Below the pieces are notes generated by a model that was given only the letters and a program-made list of their open reading frames with translations, made no database searches and was not told where the DNA came from. The position numbers and the translations under genes were made by a program. A DNA stretch of 63,919 bases, filler included, from Octopus bimaculoides (taxonomy: Eukaryota): assembly GCF_001194135.2 (NCBI RefSeq). It is 5 parts of 5 records of this genome, joined end to end, with 100 filler letters (N's around TTAATTAATTAA, not from the genome) between each part and the next. Parts side by side here need not be neighbours in the genome. Positions count along the whole stretch, not along the records: positions 23,178 to 51,616 come from NC_068982.1; positions 51,717 to 62,549 come from NC_068986.1; 3 more parts are not named here. One strand, 5' to 3'. Of this stretch, positions 39,964-53,260 are shown piece after piece; positions within the stretch are counted from its first letter, which is position 1, and the number at the start of each line of letters is the position of its first letter.

Positions 39964-40672
39964 ATTCTAGTGACGAAGCTGATTTAGTGAAATGCTAATG
40001 TGTATATTAAAAATTAATATAAGCAGCTAGCTGCAATATAATACGATATCAGAAAAATTTAATCGGCAATAATTGCAACTGAGCATCCAGAGATATAAGA
40101 GTTAAAATCTCTTAATACTGTATGGCCTGACTATCTGTGGGTTACGACAACGAGTATTCCATTTATATGCGATCAACCAAATTACGTGTAAGTGACCAGA
40201 CTTGCATTCGTTTAATGAATTCTCGGCGGATTCAGTGTGACAGACTGTGACAAAGTTGACCTCTTTGATTTACTCGAACAACTCATTTTTGCCAGTTATG
40301 TGGACTGGAGCAACGAGGAATAAAATGTCTTCCTCAAGGAAACAGCGCACCGCTAAGAATCGAACTCACGAGCGATATACGCTAGCCACATGCCTTCTCA
40401 TACTGTACGCACATACACACACATATACATATATATATTCCTTTATTCTTTTTCTTGTTTCAGTCAACTGATTGCGGCCATGCTGGCGTAGCGCTTTTAG
40501 TCGAACAAATCGACCTCCGGACTTCTTTGTAAGCCTAGTACTTATTCTATAGGTCACTTTTGCCGAACCGCTNNNNNNNNNNNNNNNNNNNNNNNNNNNN
40601 NNNNNNNNNNNNNNNNNNNNNNNNNNNNNNNNNNNNNNNNNNNNNNNNNNNNNNNNNNNNNNNNNNNNNNNN

Positions 40673-40888
40673 TGATGATGATGATGATGATGATGATGAT
40701 GACGACGACGACGATAACGACGGTTATGATGAAGACAACGATGATGGTTATGAATATGATGATTGTTAAAGTAGAGTATGCTGATAAAAGCCAGAGACGA
40801 TCGGTTGATATATTGCAGAGCAGACATAAAGCCCATAGCAATATGAGAGCTAAGTGGACATAATGATACCGAGGGAGAGTAGTATTAT

Positions 40889-40964
<76 letters not shown>

Positions 40965-41029
40965 AATGATAGTGGTAGTATTGATGATGATGGTGAGGAG
41001 GAGGATGATAGTGGTAGTATTGATGATAG

Positions 41030-41060
<31 letters not shown>

Positions 41061-41070
41061 GATGATGATT
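40673..41070. repeat. (GAT)n-rich arrays
   Basis: Directly visible. Confidence 0.9.
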
Positions 41071-41211
41071 CTAATAAGATTTCAGTCTTTCGACATTGAC
41101 TATTCAGCGGCACAACCATCATGCATTGTCTATTATTTTGATCTACTGAATTTGATGAGTATTGTGTTTTTTGTTTTTTTGTTTTTTTTTATACCCAAGG
41201 GGTGAAATAAG

Positions 41212-41425
41212 GCAGCAAGCCGGCAGAATCGTGCTACAGAAAATGCTTACCGGCATCTCTTCCGCATTTGCCTTCAGAGTTCAAATTCCGCCCTGAGATA
41301 ACTTTACTTTTCGACTTTTCGGGGTCGATAAAATAAGTACCAGTTGAACACGGGGGGTCGATGTAATCGACTTACCTCCTCGTCCGAAATTACTGACTTT
41401 GGTCCAAAACATGAAACCAATATTA
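41212..41425 (+). mobile_element. Family E tRNA-derived SINE
   Basis: GGCAGCAAGCCGGCAGAATCG...GAGTTCAAATTCCGCC...GGGGTCGATAAAATAAGTACCAG. Confidence 0.8.
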
Positions 41426-42170
41426 ACAGGATGAAAACTAACTGAATTTGTGCGAAATTTGAACCAAAACGGAAAATTACATAAGCTAATACAAGATTTC
41501 TTTGTTCAACATTCATCTGATTCTATCTTCTCCCATTACTGATAATTACGTCCTCTTTGATTTAGCTTTATCTTGCAGTTTCTTTTTGTACACATCCGTC
41601 TTTCTTGGGGATTATCTTTTGTTGAATGAAATTCTATTTTCGATATTTCTAATGAAATATTTTAAATATTTTTTCTAGATTTTTATGATACATATTTCTC
41701 CGCAAATAGCTAATAAAACCAGCAATAAATAAATGCCACAGGTCACTGCTTGGTTTGCTTTCCAAGATATATTAATTAGAATACGTGATACAGAATTGAT
41801 AAAAATATAGCATAGAGAGAAAAATATAGCATAAAAAGAATTAGCTTAGGTATGATTAATTATAAGTGATTTCAGATAATTAATTTTTAGAGACGATTTA
41901 ATCAAAGTTGGGAAAAATGGAAGAACAGAGAACCACAAGTTCTTTCATCTATTCTAGCACAGAAAACAAATTCATGTCAATGTATTAATAATGCTGAACA
42001 TTATAAAATTACTTTAACAGTAGATCCCTAAAGTACTAATCCTATTATAGGTTTGTAGTTCGTTTAATAATCGTCACACACTAAATAAAACCAAGAGCAA
42101 CTGGTTTCATAATAAATAAGTTGTAAGAACATGAAACCGATTTTTCCCGATGTTCTTCTTCTTCTTCTTC

Positions 42171-42225
<55 letters not shown>

Positions 42226-43084
42226 TTTTTATTATTTATTTTTTTAATATTGAACCTTGATAAACTGACGGTCTCAGCTGTATGGAAATCAACTTCAAAA
42301 CAAGAAATGTGTAAACACTTCTAATACGTTCCAGATGACATAGCTGAAGAGTGAATGCAAACATTTTGCGTTTTTATATGAATTAATGAATAGAATTTTT
42401 TATTTAAAAGGAATGGTTTGGGCATTCTTTGAGAAAGAGAAAACGCTACAAATGTAATCAAATGAAGAGCACGAAAGAAAATTAAATTTAAATTTAAATA
42501 ATCAATGAAAATTACGTTGAACATACTCTTCTCTGAAGATTTCGGAGAAAAATTGAACTTATTGGTTGTGAAATGATTTCCAAAGGGTGTGTATATAACA
42601 GTAAAGTAAATATACATATATATATATATATATATATACATGTTCACATAGATATAGATACATACATACATAAATACGTACATACATGCATAAAATACAT
42701 ATGTATATAGATGTATATGCATGCATGTATGTAGTAATGTATTTATGTGTGTAATTAATATAAAAATATTAATAAAAGTAATCTGGAAAAGACAAAAACG
42801 TTTGAAGAAGTAAACGAAAAGTTTTCAGAAAATGAAAATAGCTCATGAAATATTCAAAACAAAGCGTTCTGGAAGAAATCACGTTCTGTTTTCAAATCAA
42901 AGAGATGCCAATGAAGAATTTGAATAAAATAAATGACTGAAAGCTCGGAAACGTCAATAGGTTCAATCCTAGTTACTAAGCATGTCTCGGAAGACATTTG
43001 ATAGACGACTAAAAAACGGCAATTTACATTATTTACATTTGACGGATATTTGTCCCCGTCTTGTTTGTTGTTAACACAACGTTT

Positions 43085-43305
43085 CGATTGATGTACTCTC
43101 CAGGTGTTGTGGGGAGAATCAGGTGTTGTGGGGGAATTTCGAACCTAGGTTCTCATTCCTAAGTTATTATACCGATGTTATTATTATTATTATCATTATT
43201 ATTATTATCATTATTATTATTCAGGTCACTGCCCGGATTCGAACTCGGAATCTTGAGGTTAGTGGCCTGCGCTTTTAACCACTACGCGAAATGCCCGTGG
43301 GTAAT
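43085..43305 (-). mobile_element. tRNA-derived SINE with internal (TAA)n
   Basis: Minus strand reads GTAGTGGTTAAAAGCGC...GATTCCGAGTTCGAATCC, giving A and B boxes. Confidence 0.6.
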
Positions 43306-43319
43306 TACGGAGTGAATTT

Positions 43320-43513
43320 TAGGGCTTATAAATCTAATAAATAATACACAGAAAATAATAGACAGAGAAAACCACTGGAAAATACGAAGACTAAAAGAGG
43401 CAGCACATATTCTAGGACATAATAACCTCCTAAACTGACCTAGTGCATATATGAGTAACATATGGGAACCGGTATTAAGGAAGGATAGGAAAATATTACA
43501 TTTATAAGCCCTA
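43320..43513 (+). mobile_element. Penelope-like GIY-YIG C-terminal fragment bounded by a perfect 14-bp inverted repeat
   Basis: DRENHWKIRRLKEAAHILGHNNLLN*PSAYMSNIWEPVL. TAGGGCTTATAAAT (43320-43333) and ATTTATAAGCCCTA (43500-43513). Confidence 0.7.
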
Positions 43514-44117
43514 CATCCTAGAAAACGAGACTTGTCCTGGAAGATTTGCCGAGCACGACGAGAACGTCCTGCAAACCCTGATGGTACAAAATCCCATCGT
43601 AACTGTTGAGGAGCTAGCATAGAAGTTTGGATTTGGTCATTCAACCATTCATCGACACCTGCCTGCCATCGGAAAATGAGCATTTTTGGCTTCAAGATGA
43701 AAGGTATTCTTCCATCAGGATAATACATGGCCACATTCAGAGACGATGACATTCCAAAGGCCAGAGCAGTTTGAATGGGAAACGATGCCCCTCCTACCAA
43801 ATTCGCTGGACACTGCTCCATGTGATTATCATTTATTCTGCAGTCTTCAAAATCAGTCTTCAAAATATGAATTCTGTAGAAGCAATCAGAATAGTAACGG
43901 AGGAGTATTTTTCGTCACGGACAAGTGAATTTTGGAGAAGGGGGTCTTGCAAGTCTACCAGATACATTGACATTGTATCTGGTTGAATTGTAGAAATGAA
44001 GAGCATTGTAGAAAATGAATGAGAGTATACTTTAGATTAAAAAAGAACTTCGTTTTCTTAATTTTGAAATATATAAGAAGTATTAAGAACCTGTATTATT
44101 TATGGGATGACCCAGTA
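43514..44117 (+). mobile_element. Internally deleted mariner (DD34D) with 3' terminal repeat and TA
   Basis: HTH remnant matches the 17.6-kb copy. QDNTWPH...SLDTAPCDYHLF has 34 residues between the two Asp. Ends TTATTTATGGGATGACCCAG-TA. Confidence 0.88.
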
Positions 44118-46199
44118 TATATATACATATATATATATACACATACATATATATATATATATATATANNNNNNNNNNNNNNNNNNNNNNNNNNNNNNNNN
44201 NNNNNNNNNNNNNNNNNNNNNNNNNNNNNNNNNNNNNNNNNNNNNNNNNNNNNNNNNNNNNNNNNNNNNNNNNNNNNNNNNNNNNNNNNNNNNNNNNNNN
44301 NNNNNNNNNNNNNNNNNNNNNNNNNNNNNNNNNNNNNNNNNNNNNNNNNNNNNNNNNNNNNNNNNNNNNNNNNNNNNNNNNNNNNNNNNNNNNNNNNNNN
44401 NNNNNNNNNNNNNNNNNNNNNNNNNNNNNNNNNNNNNNNNNNNNNNNNNNNNNNNNNNNNNNNNNNNNNNNNNNNNNNNNNNNNNNNNNNNNNNNNNNNN
44501 NNNNNNNNNNNNNNNNNNNNNNNNNNNNNNNNNNNNNNNNNNNNNNNNNNNNNNNNNNNNNNNNNNNNNNNNNNNNNNNNNNNNNNNNNNNNNNNNNNNN
44601 NNNNNNNNNNNNNNNNNNNNNNNNNNNNNNNNNNNNNNNNNNNNNNNNNNNNNNNNNNNNNNNNNNNNNNNNNNNNNNNNNNNNNNNNNNNNNNNNNNNN
44701 NNNNNNNNNNNNNNNNNNNNNNNNNNNNNNNNNNNNNNNNNNNNNNNNNNNNNNNNNNNNNNNNNNNNNNNNNNNNNNNNNNNNNNNNNNNNNNNNNNNN
44801 NNNNNNNNNNNNNNNNNNNNNNNNNNNNNNNNNNNNNNNNNNNNNNNNNNNNNNNNNNNATTCTCTTAACCGCGAAACGTTCGTATCCAATTAACTAAAG
44901 GCAGGTTTGTTTTTGCTTTTCCCTCTGGTTTTTTGTTCTATGTGTGCCATAAATATCGCCATCCGTTTAGAGAAACATTTGTAGTTTAGAATCAGTAGTT
45001 CTTTGACTGCTATTTCTAAATTTTTAGTATGTTGGAGAAGCAACTCAATGCTAATCCCTGTATATTTATGATTATACATTTACGTATGTAGATTTATGTC
45101 AAACGAATAAAACGTGAGTTCTCAATACATGTACCACAGGTCATGATGTCTTATGCACTCGATGATCACATTCACCTCAAGAACACCTGGATAGAAAAAG
45201 AATTTCTACACGAGTTGATTGTATCATGACTCAAAGTCTAAACCAAAGGATTATTTTTTACTGAGCTATAAAAGCAAATTCGTCCCACTTGTAAATATCA
45301 AATCCTACGTAATAAACTGAAAATAGCCTACACTTTCACGTATAAGTATAAAATGCCATAAATTCCAAGAAATATTCGGTTAAATAGTATTTCGCAATTT
45401 GACGAAACAGAACGGTTATGTGTGTGCATGTGTGTATATATGTCTGTATGTGTGTGTGTGTATGCGTGTACGCGTATATAGTTCTATAGGAGCGTTCAAA
45501 TAGTAGACATAATAATACATCATAAAAAGTATGATACAAACGTTGAGCAGACACGCTCACAGCTATCAATAAAAACGATCGTATTGTATGACATACCAAT
45601 TCATATCGACGCAGATTAAAACCAATGAACCACATGTCACTGTCAAAGTCAATAAGGAACACAAATCATCAACTGCAATCCTCTTGTAAGCTTTATTGCT
45701 ATAAAAGTGACGATCACATGTTGTAGACACGGTAGAACGCCGAATATATATTTTGTTCATCCTATAGGTGTTTTGGTCATTGGACTGCAGCTTTGCTGGG
45801 GCACCGCCTTAGTTGAACAAATCGACGCTCGAACTTATTTTCAAAATCTGGTACGTATTCTTGCGGTCATTTTTGTTGAACTATTAAGTAACGTGNNNNN
45901 NNNNNNNNNNNNNNNNNNNNNNNNNNNNNNNNNNNNNNNNNNNNNNNNNNNNNNNNNNNNNNNNNNNNNNNNNNNNNNNNNNNNNNNNNNNNNNNNNNNN
46001 NNNNNNNNNNNNNNATATATATATGTATGTATGTATGTATATATGTATATATATATATGTATGTATATATATATAATATGTATGTATTAGGGGAAAAGTA
46101 AAAAGAAAAGAGAAGAAATGCACATTAGATATAGAAAATAAAGGCTTTTTAAAGAAAAGCAAAGATATATACATACAATTAGATTATTTGAGTTAGAAT

Positions 46200-47550
46200 T
46201 ATGAAGTATATAAATCTTTATGAATCATTATAGAGATTCAAAGTCATACCGGTCTCGTCAGAGCTGATCATTGACTTTGAATGAACACTGATTTCCAAAC
46301 GGTGTTGGGTCTAATAGTACCTGAGTTAAAACATTACATGCAAGGGTGGTAAGCAGTTCTGGAAGTGGTGCAATTAAGGTGGGTATAAATACTGGAATAT
46401 GAATGGTGTACGGGATGTATGGAGATTAGTGGGAATTATTGATATTGGTAAGGTTAGTAGCGTAAGTTATGTATTCATGTTGTGTTATGGCTGATATTTA
46501 TTAATGAAAGGTGCCTCTTTATTTGATCTTTGCTGTACTGAGGTGTTCTGTGAACATTGATAAAAAGGGAAAATTAGGAAGTTCCGTTTAAGGTTCCTAG
46601 CACATTTTTCTATGTACTCATTTACCTGTATCTATCTATATTGTGGGTAACAAATTTGTTCTTTGTGGAGAGTTGTTCTTCGTCGGAGTGACGTTCCTGT
46701 TTGGCTTATATAGTGATTTCTGCACCCTAAGCAGGTAATAGCATAGATCAAGTTTTCAGAGGCGCAGGTGAAATTTGATTTTATCGTAAATATTTCACCT
46801 TGTTCGAAGTGAAACTCTGTACCCTCCAAATGGTGGGGGGCATATGCAATAGTTAGGCCACCCGCATTTTATCACTTTTGGTTCCGTTGTTAATGGATAT
46901 AGTCTTGCGCCGGTTAATATTTTTTTCAGTGATTTCGGTTGCATTTTACTCTTGATAATTTTGTGTGAGCTTAGAATTTTGTTCATTGTTTTATCTCCAA
47001 TAAGAATGGGTAGATTTTGGATGATGATGTAGAAGGCCTCATTGTTTCTAGGGTTGTGTGTGGAGATGTATGGGAGTGATTTAAAATCTGGTGTGGTATT
47101 TCGGCTAACTTCTTTTACTGATTATATGTCTATTTCCTTTGCTCGTTTAATCTCATCATTTATTAATCATGTTGGGTAATATCTCCTGATTATTGCTAAT
47201 TTAAATTTAAGGAACCTTCGTTCACGAGTATTAGTGTCCGAAACTATGGTACAGATTCATTTCGCTAGATTATAATGTGTATTAATTTTAATGTGTTTGG
47301 GGTGGCATGAGTTGAATAATACGTATTGTTTTGAATATGTGGGTTTATAGAAGATTCCGTTTCGATGTGGTTATTGACTATTTGAATTAGGATGTTAAGA
47401 AAAGGAAGTTGTTTATTGCAGTGTTCCATGATGAATTGTATGTTGCTATTGGTATTGTTGAGCATTAATTTATAATCGAGGAGCTCCAAAGTATAAAGCA
47501 ATCGTTTAAGTACCTCTTCCAGTTCTCATTTAAATATATCTTTGCTTTTG
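46200..47550 (-). mobile_element. Penelope-like element, Neptune-type (end of RT plus GIY-YIG), degenerate
   Basis: WKRYLNDCFILW, NIQFIMEHCNKQLPFLNILI, linker KCGWPNYCIC, FTCASENLIYAITCLGCRNHYISQTGTSLRRR. Confidence 0.88.
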
Positions 47551-47554
47551 CTTA

Positions 47555-47890
47555 AAAATCTCTTTTACTCTTTTACTCTTTTACTTGTTTCAGTCATTTG
47601 ACTGCGGCCATGCTGGAGCACCGCCTTTAGTCGGGAAAATCGACACCAGGACTAATTCTTTGGAAGCCTAGTACTTATTCTATCGGTCTCTTTTTGCCGA
47701 ACTGCTAAGTTACGGGGACGTAAACACACCAGTATCGGTGGTCAAGCGATGGTGTGGGGACAAACACAGACACACAAACACACATATATATATATACATA
47801 TATACGACGGGCTTCTTTCAGTTTCCGTCTACCAAATCCACTCACAAGGCTTTGGTCGGCCCGAGGCTATACTTACCACACAGCCACTCC
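47555..47890 (-). mobile_element. Family A SINE with internal deletion removing the B box
   Basis: Compared with 38945-39358, GAGGCTAT joins directly to ACTTACCACAC. Confidence 0.85.
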
Positions 47891-48001
47891 TTTATTTTGT
47901 TTTATATCTAATGTGCATTTTCTCTGTTTTCTTTTTACTTGTCCCCTATTTATACCACGTATAGTCTTTTTTCTTTGAAACCTATCTCTATTATAATTAT
48001 T

Positions 48002-48102
<101 letters not shown>

Positions 48103-50764
48103 GTTCAGGTATGTTGATGCAAACAGGAAAAATAGGACTCACAATATGAATGTATGTATATTTTCATTAATGTTTAACAGAAGCAACATAGTGACTCAAG
48201 GGTCGAGAGTTTCGTACATTGTCATTTATCAAACACATACATACATACGTTCATACATACTTATATGTGTGTGTGTATGTGTGTGTATGTGTTTGTATAA
48301 TCTTTCTCACAGTTTACGTCTACCAGAGTCACAAAGCATTGGTTGGCAAAGTGCCCTATCACAAAAGATTTACTCACAGCGGTGAGCACTACGACCGAAC
48401 ACAAAACAACGTGGCTGCAAAGCGAGTTTCTTAAACACTCAGTCATGCCAACAGCAATAAAATTATTCACTGTCGTTGTTTTCATCTGATCGACCTAAGT
48501 TGGAATATCATAATTTTCTTTCTCCTTAACGCTTTAAAAACAGCTCAAAGAACTTGTTTATTTTGTCAGTTATATCACTTTTGTTTTATTATAAGGTGAT
48601 GAATTTGACGTAATGTTTATCAGCTTTATGATTTATCCAGTATATCTTTCAAAGAATCCGACTCGTTCTGGAATATATTTAGATCACTGATGTTGATAAA
48701 TCTCATGAATAATGTTAATAAGTTACATTACACCACCATCTCCTCTATCACATACACACACACAATTCTGATATACAGTTCAGTTTTATGGCCACTACAG
48801 GGTTATTTTATTGATTTCTGTATTTTCAATACATAGTCGATAAGAATCCGAATAAAGTAAGATGGCGCACGTCTTCACTAAAAGAACATATTTTATGACA
48901 CAGTTTGACTTCATGAACAGACTGAGCTGAGATCAATAAAAGTTTACTTTAAGTAGTCATACCACATAAGACGTTATTTCAAAGACATTGTAATTTAATT
49001 GAGAATCATGGATAGCTGAACGGAGAATATATTGAACAATAAGCTTAAGGGTAGGCATTTTTATATTCTGTCACCAGCAGCAATACACTGCGTTCAGGCT
49101 TCTGACTATTACATAACATTCCTTTCCAAAAAAATCTTTTTATTGTATTTATATCATCCCATCTACTCCAAAATCTACACTCTGAATTTTCCNNNNNNNN
49201 NNACATTCCTTTCCAAAAAAATCTTTTTATTGTATTTATATCATCCCATCTACTCCAAAATCTACACTCTGAATTTTCCTTCCCTCTCTAACCCTCTCTT
49301 TTTCTTTTTTTTTCTCTTCCTTCCTTTCTTGTCCAAAGTACTATCTGGTAGCGTCCACATCTCTAACGGTTTTTTCAAATGAATTACGTTATAACCTTAT
49401 CCAACTATAGTTCTCATACTCGGTCATAATGTCTTACGTTTAAGATGATCCCCATACATTTCCCCGAGGAGAAGTTTACATTTTTAACATCGACGATTCC
49501 TATGGATCGCATAAATTGTAATTCTTCGAAACATATGTCGGAATAAAGTATGCAGTTATAACATGCATTCACTCCATTCCTTAAATTTATATATACTCAA
49601 ATACCCAAAATATCAAGGAGTTTCTGCCTCAAAAACAGGAATTACACCACAGTTATTTTGTGATCTTTGCTACCCTGGTTTCTATTAAGCCATTTATTCT
49701 ATCCGAATTATTATTAATTAGGATANNNNNNNNNNNNNNNNNNNNNNNNNNNNNNNNNNNNNNNNNNNNNGGATGCATATATTTATATAAGGTTATGAAG
49801 AGTACGAGACAGAACTGGAGAGAAAATTTATTTTAAAAAATGAATATAACTACATCTTTGGGTATTTATTTAACATAGTCTTCTGATAATTCGAAACACC
49901 TGTTTAACAAACATATTTATTTATATTTTGTTTGCATGTGCTTGTGTGTATATACGATTCAGTGAGTGTATGTATGTGTGTCTGAATTCGTTCATGTATG
50001 TGTAATCACGATCTTGTATGTGTGTGAAAGTTATTTGCAAATTTACAATTACATAGAAGAACCCTTGTCCGTTCTCGCTCTCTCCCTCTCTCTCATTATC
50101 TCTCTCTTCCAGAATCTCTCAACATACGTGTAGACGTACGTGTAACTATATCTATGTATGCATGTATGCGCGTATGTATGTTTGTAGGCATGTATATTTA
50201 TGTGTACGTGTTAATACACACACACAGATATATATATATATATATATGTATATNNNNNNNNNNNNNNNNNNNNNNNNNNNNNNNNNNNNNNNNNNNNNNN
50301 NNNNNNNNNNNNNNNNNNNNNNNNNNNNNNNNNNNNNNNNNNNNNNNNNNNNNNNNNNNNNNNNNNNNNNNNNNNNNNNNNNNNNNNNNNNNNNNNNNNN
50401 NNNNNNNNNNNNNNNNNNNNNNNNNNNNNNNNNNNNNNNNNNNNNNNNNNNNNNNNNNNNNNNNNNNNNNNNNNNNNNNNNNNNNNNNNNNNNNNNNNNN
50501 NNNNNNNNNNNNNNNNNNNNNNNNNNNNNNNNNNNNNNNNNNNNNNNNNNNNNNNNNNNNNNNNNNNNNNNNNNNNNNNNNNNNNNNNNNNNNNNNNNNN
50601 NNNNNNNNNNNNNNNNNNNNNNNNNNNNNNNNNNNNNNNNNNNNNNNNNNNNNNNNNNNNNNNNNNNNNNNNNNNNNNNNNNNNNNNNNNNNNTATATGC
50701 ATATATATGTATATATGTGTGTGTATATACATATGTGTATATATATATATATATGTGTATATAT

Positions 50765-50797
<33 letters not shown>

Positions 50798-51465
50798 AGT
50801 TTGTGTGTGTGTTTGTATGTGTGTGTGTGTGTGTGTATGTGCGTGTGTGTGTGTGTGCGTGTGTGTGTGTGCATATGCATGTACGTATTCCTTCTCTTTC
50901 TGGCGCTCTCTCTTTCTGGCTTTCTCCTCTTTCCATAGTTGAAAAAAAACGAGATCCTCACACATTTTTATACTCTTTTGCACAAATTTAAATCAACATT
51001 GCTGAAAAGTTATATTACTGTACTATACAAGTGTAACATTTGTAGATGTGTAAGTACATCTGTGAGATCTGGATGCGTTTACTAATCTATGTGGGCTTGA
51101 AACTATTGGTGTAAAACAAACCATTTTATGCAAATATTTTAACTGTTTGTCATTCTTTCATGTTATGTTTGTTTTTTGAATATTAATCTAGAAATTGGCG
51201 GGTGGTTGGCGGCTGATTCAGTAAGCCATCGTATAATATACTTGTGTTTAGTTACATGTTTTGTGATCTGATTCATATGTTGGCTGTCTTCATCGTATTC
51301 CATATTTACAGGATCGATAGAGTAAATACCAATCAAATGATATAGTTGACTAAATCTACTCCACTCTTTTTCAAATAATAGTAGGCGGGTTTAGCATCCG
51401 TGGAATACAGAGACGTATATATATTCATGCTTAGCTTTATGGCCATAAATAATAATAATAATATA

Positions 51466-51543
<78 letters not shown>

Positions 51544-51776
51544 TTTAAAAAAAGGATTGACGTAACTCTTCACGAAGGTAAATAGTCAAGACGAAGAGTG
51601 CGATTTTAGATGTTTTNNNNNNNNNNNNNNNNNNNNNNNNNNNNNNNNNNNNNNNNNNNNTTAATTAATTAANNNNNNNNNNNNNNNNNNNNNNNNNNNN
51701 NNNNNNNNNNNNNNNNTGTTAAGGTGACCCCGGAGAAGAGATGTCGTAACACTAAGTAGGTAGAATAAGAACAAGG

Positions 51777-52007
51777 GGCGGTGAGCTGGCAGAATCGTTA
51801 GCACGCCAGTCGAAATGCTTAGCGGTATTTCGTCTGCCGTTACGTTCTGAGTTCAAATTCCGTCGAGGTCGACTTTGCCTTTCATCCTTTCGGGGTCGAT
51901 AAATTAAGTACCAGTTACGCACTGGAGTCGATGTAATCGACTTAATCCCTTTGTCCGTCCTTGTTTGTCCCCTCTATGTTTAGCCCCTTGTGGGCAATAA
52001 AGAAATA
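51777..52007 (+). mobile_element. Intact family E tRNA-derived SINE with 15-bp target-site duplication
   Basis: AGAATAAGAACAAGG at 51762-51776 and 52008-52022. A box GAGCTGGCAGAATCG, B box GAGTTCAAATTCC. Confidence 0.92.
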
Positions 52008-52520
52008 AGAATAAGAACAAGGAGCAATGAGAAAGAGTGAGTATGACGAGCTGTTAACCATAGAAAATAACGTTTCTTTTCTTTGTTGATAATTTGGATC
52101 TTATTGGATATAAAAATTTATATATAATTCATCATTATTAGAATGTATATTTTGGACTTACCTTGCTACCTCAGCTCCTCACGGAACCGTAGATACAAGG
52201 TATGCCCTCTCCAGGTCTGACTACAATCGATTTCTTTCAAAAAAGAAAGCGGGCAGGCAGAAAGAGATAGAAAACAAAGTCGATCTCAGTACAGAAGTAG
52301 TGTTTTATTTATCGACACCGAAAGGATGTAAGGAAAAGTTGACCTCGACAGCATTTGAAAGCAGAAAAAAAAGTGGGAATGAATATTACAAGGATATCCA
52401 TCAAACGCTCTAGTTGCTTATACTTCGGATTTCACTTCTTTAAAATCTCCTTTCGGGGGTTGGGTGAGAGAAGAAGAATATTTCATAATGCATTTTAAAT
52501 GCTTAAGATGAGTAAAATAT

Positions 52521-52651
52521 TTACCTTCTGCATCGTAAAAAGGCGAAAAGAAGGCCTGCGGTAGTAAGCACTGCAACACCAGTAGCAATAGTCCATTGCG
52601 ATATTGTGTTCTGTGATATCATTGTAGATGTGTTGAATACGGTTTCGTTCC
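52521..52651 (-). CDS. FAXC: Probable terminal exon of the FAXC-like gene encoding a C-terminal transmembrane tail anchor
   Basis: Pyrimidine-rich acceptor ttatccattttatttttag|. Phase 1 start fits the phase 1 donor at 57600 (A|GG = Arg). Encodes NETVFNTSTMISQNTISQWTIATGVAVLTTAGLLFAFLRCRR*, a hydrophobic stretch followed by a basic C-terminus. The link to the FAXC gene is inferred. Confidence 0.6.
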
Positions 52652-52994
52652 CTAAAAATAAAATGGATAATAGAAAATGCAGTGTGTAGACGTTTGTAAT
52701 CACTCAGAACCATATAATTCTATATTTCGTTTTATGTGAGGAATAAAGTTTACTCTATGATAATATCGATAAGAGAAAGGTAGGAAAGAAAACAAAATGT
52801 TGTGTCCTACATAATTTCACGATATAATTTCATTATATGAAGTAAACTTTAGAATGAAAAATATCATTTTTGTTATCAGTACTTACAACCAATGATCACC
52901 CATTCACTCAACTTTCAGGAAATTATAGCAAAATTACCCTTGATTCACACTTTCCTATTTTAAACAAAGAACATAAATAATGTATCCATATATG

Positions 52995-53260
52995 GACTGG
53001 CTCCTGTGTAGGTGGCACGTAAAATACACCATTTCGAGCGTGGCCGTTGCCAGTACCGCCTGACTTGCCTTCGTGCTGGTGGCACGTACAAAGCACCCAC
53101 TACACTCTCGGAGTGGTTGGCGTTAGGAAGGGCATCCAGCTGTAGAAACTCTGCCAAATCAGATTGGAGCCTGGTGTAGCCATCTAGTCCACCAGTCCTC
53201 AGTCAAATCGTCCAACCCATGCTAGAATGGAAAGCGGACGTTAAACGACGACGATGATGA
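52995..53260 (+). mobile_element. Family B RTE-related repeat (in the last FAXC intron if the 52.6-kb exon is real)
   Basis: Homologous to 9521-9853. Confidence 0.8.

Noticed and set aside
49116-49279. Exact 77-bp direct repeat around a 10-N gap
   Set aside because: Unmerged contig overlap; a smaller case occurs near 16208-16238.
49771-49899. Minus-strand segment reading CFELSEDYVK*IPKDVVIFIF*NKFSLQFCLVL, faintly like the FAXC N-terminal PKDVVI...SLSPFCL motif
   Set aside because: Two in-frame stops, wrong motif spacing and AT-rich context; no further paralogue exons were found. It would matter only if the 52.6-kb exon proves to start a second gene.
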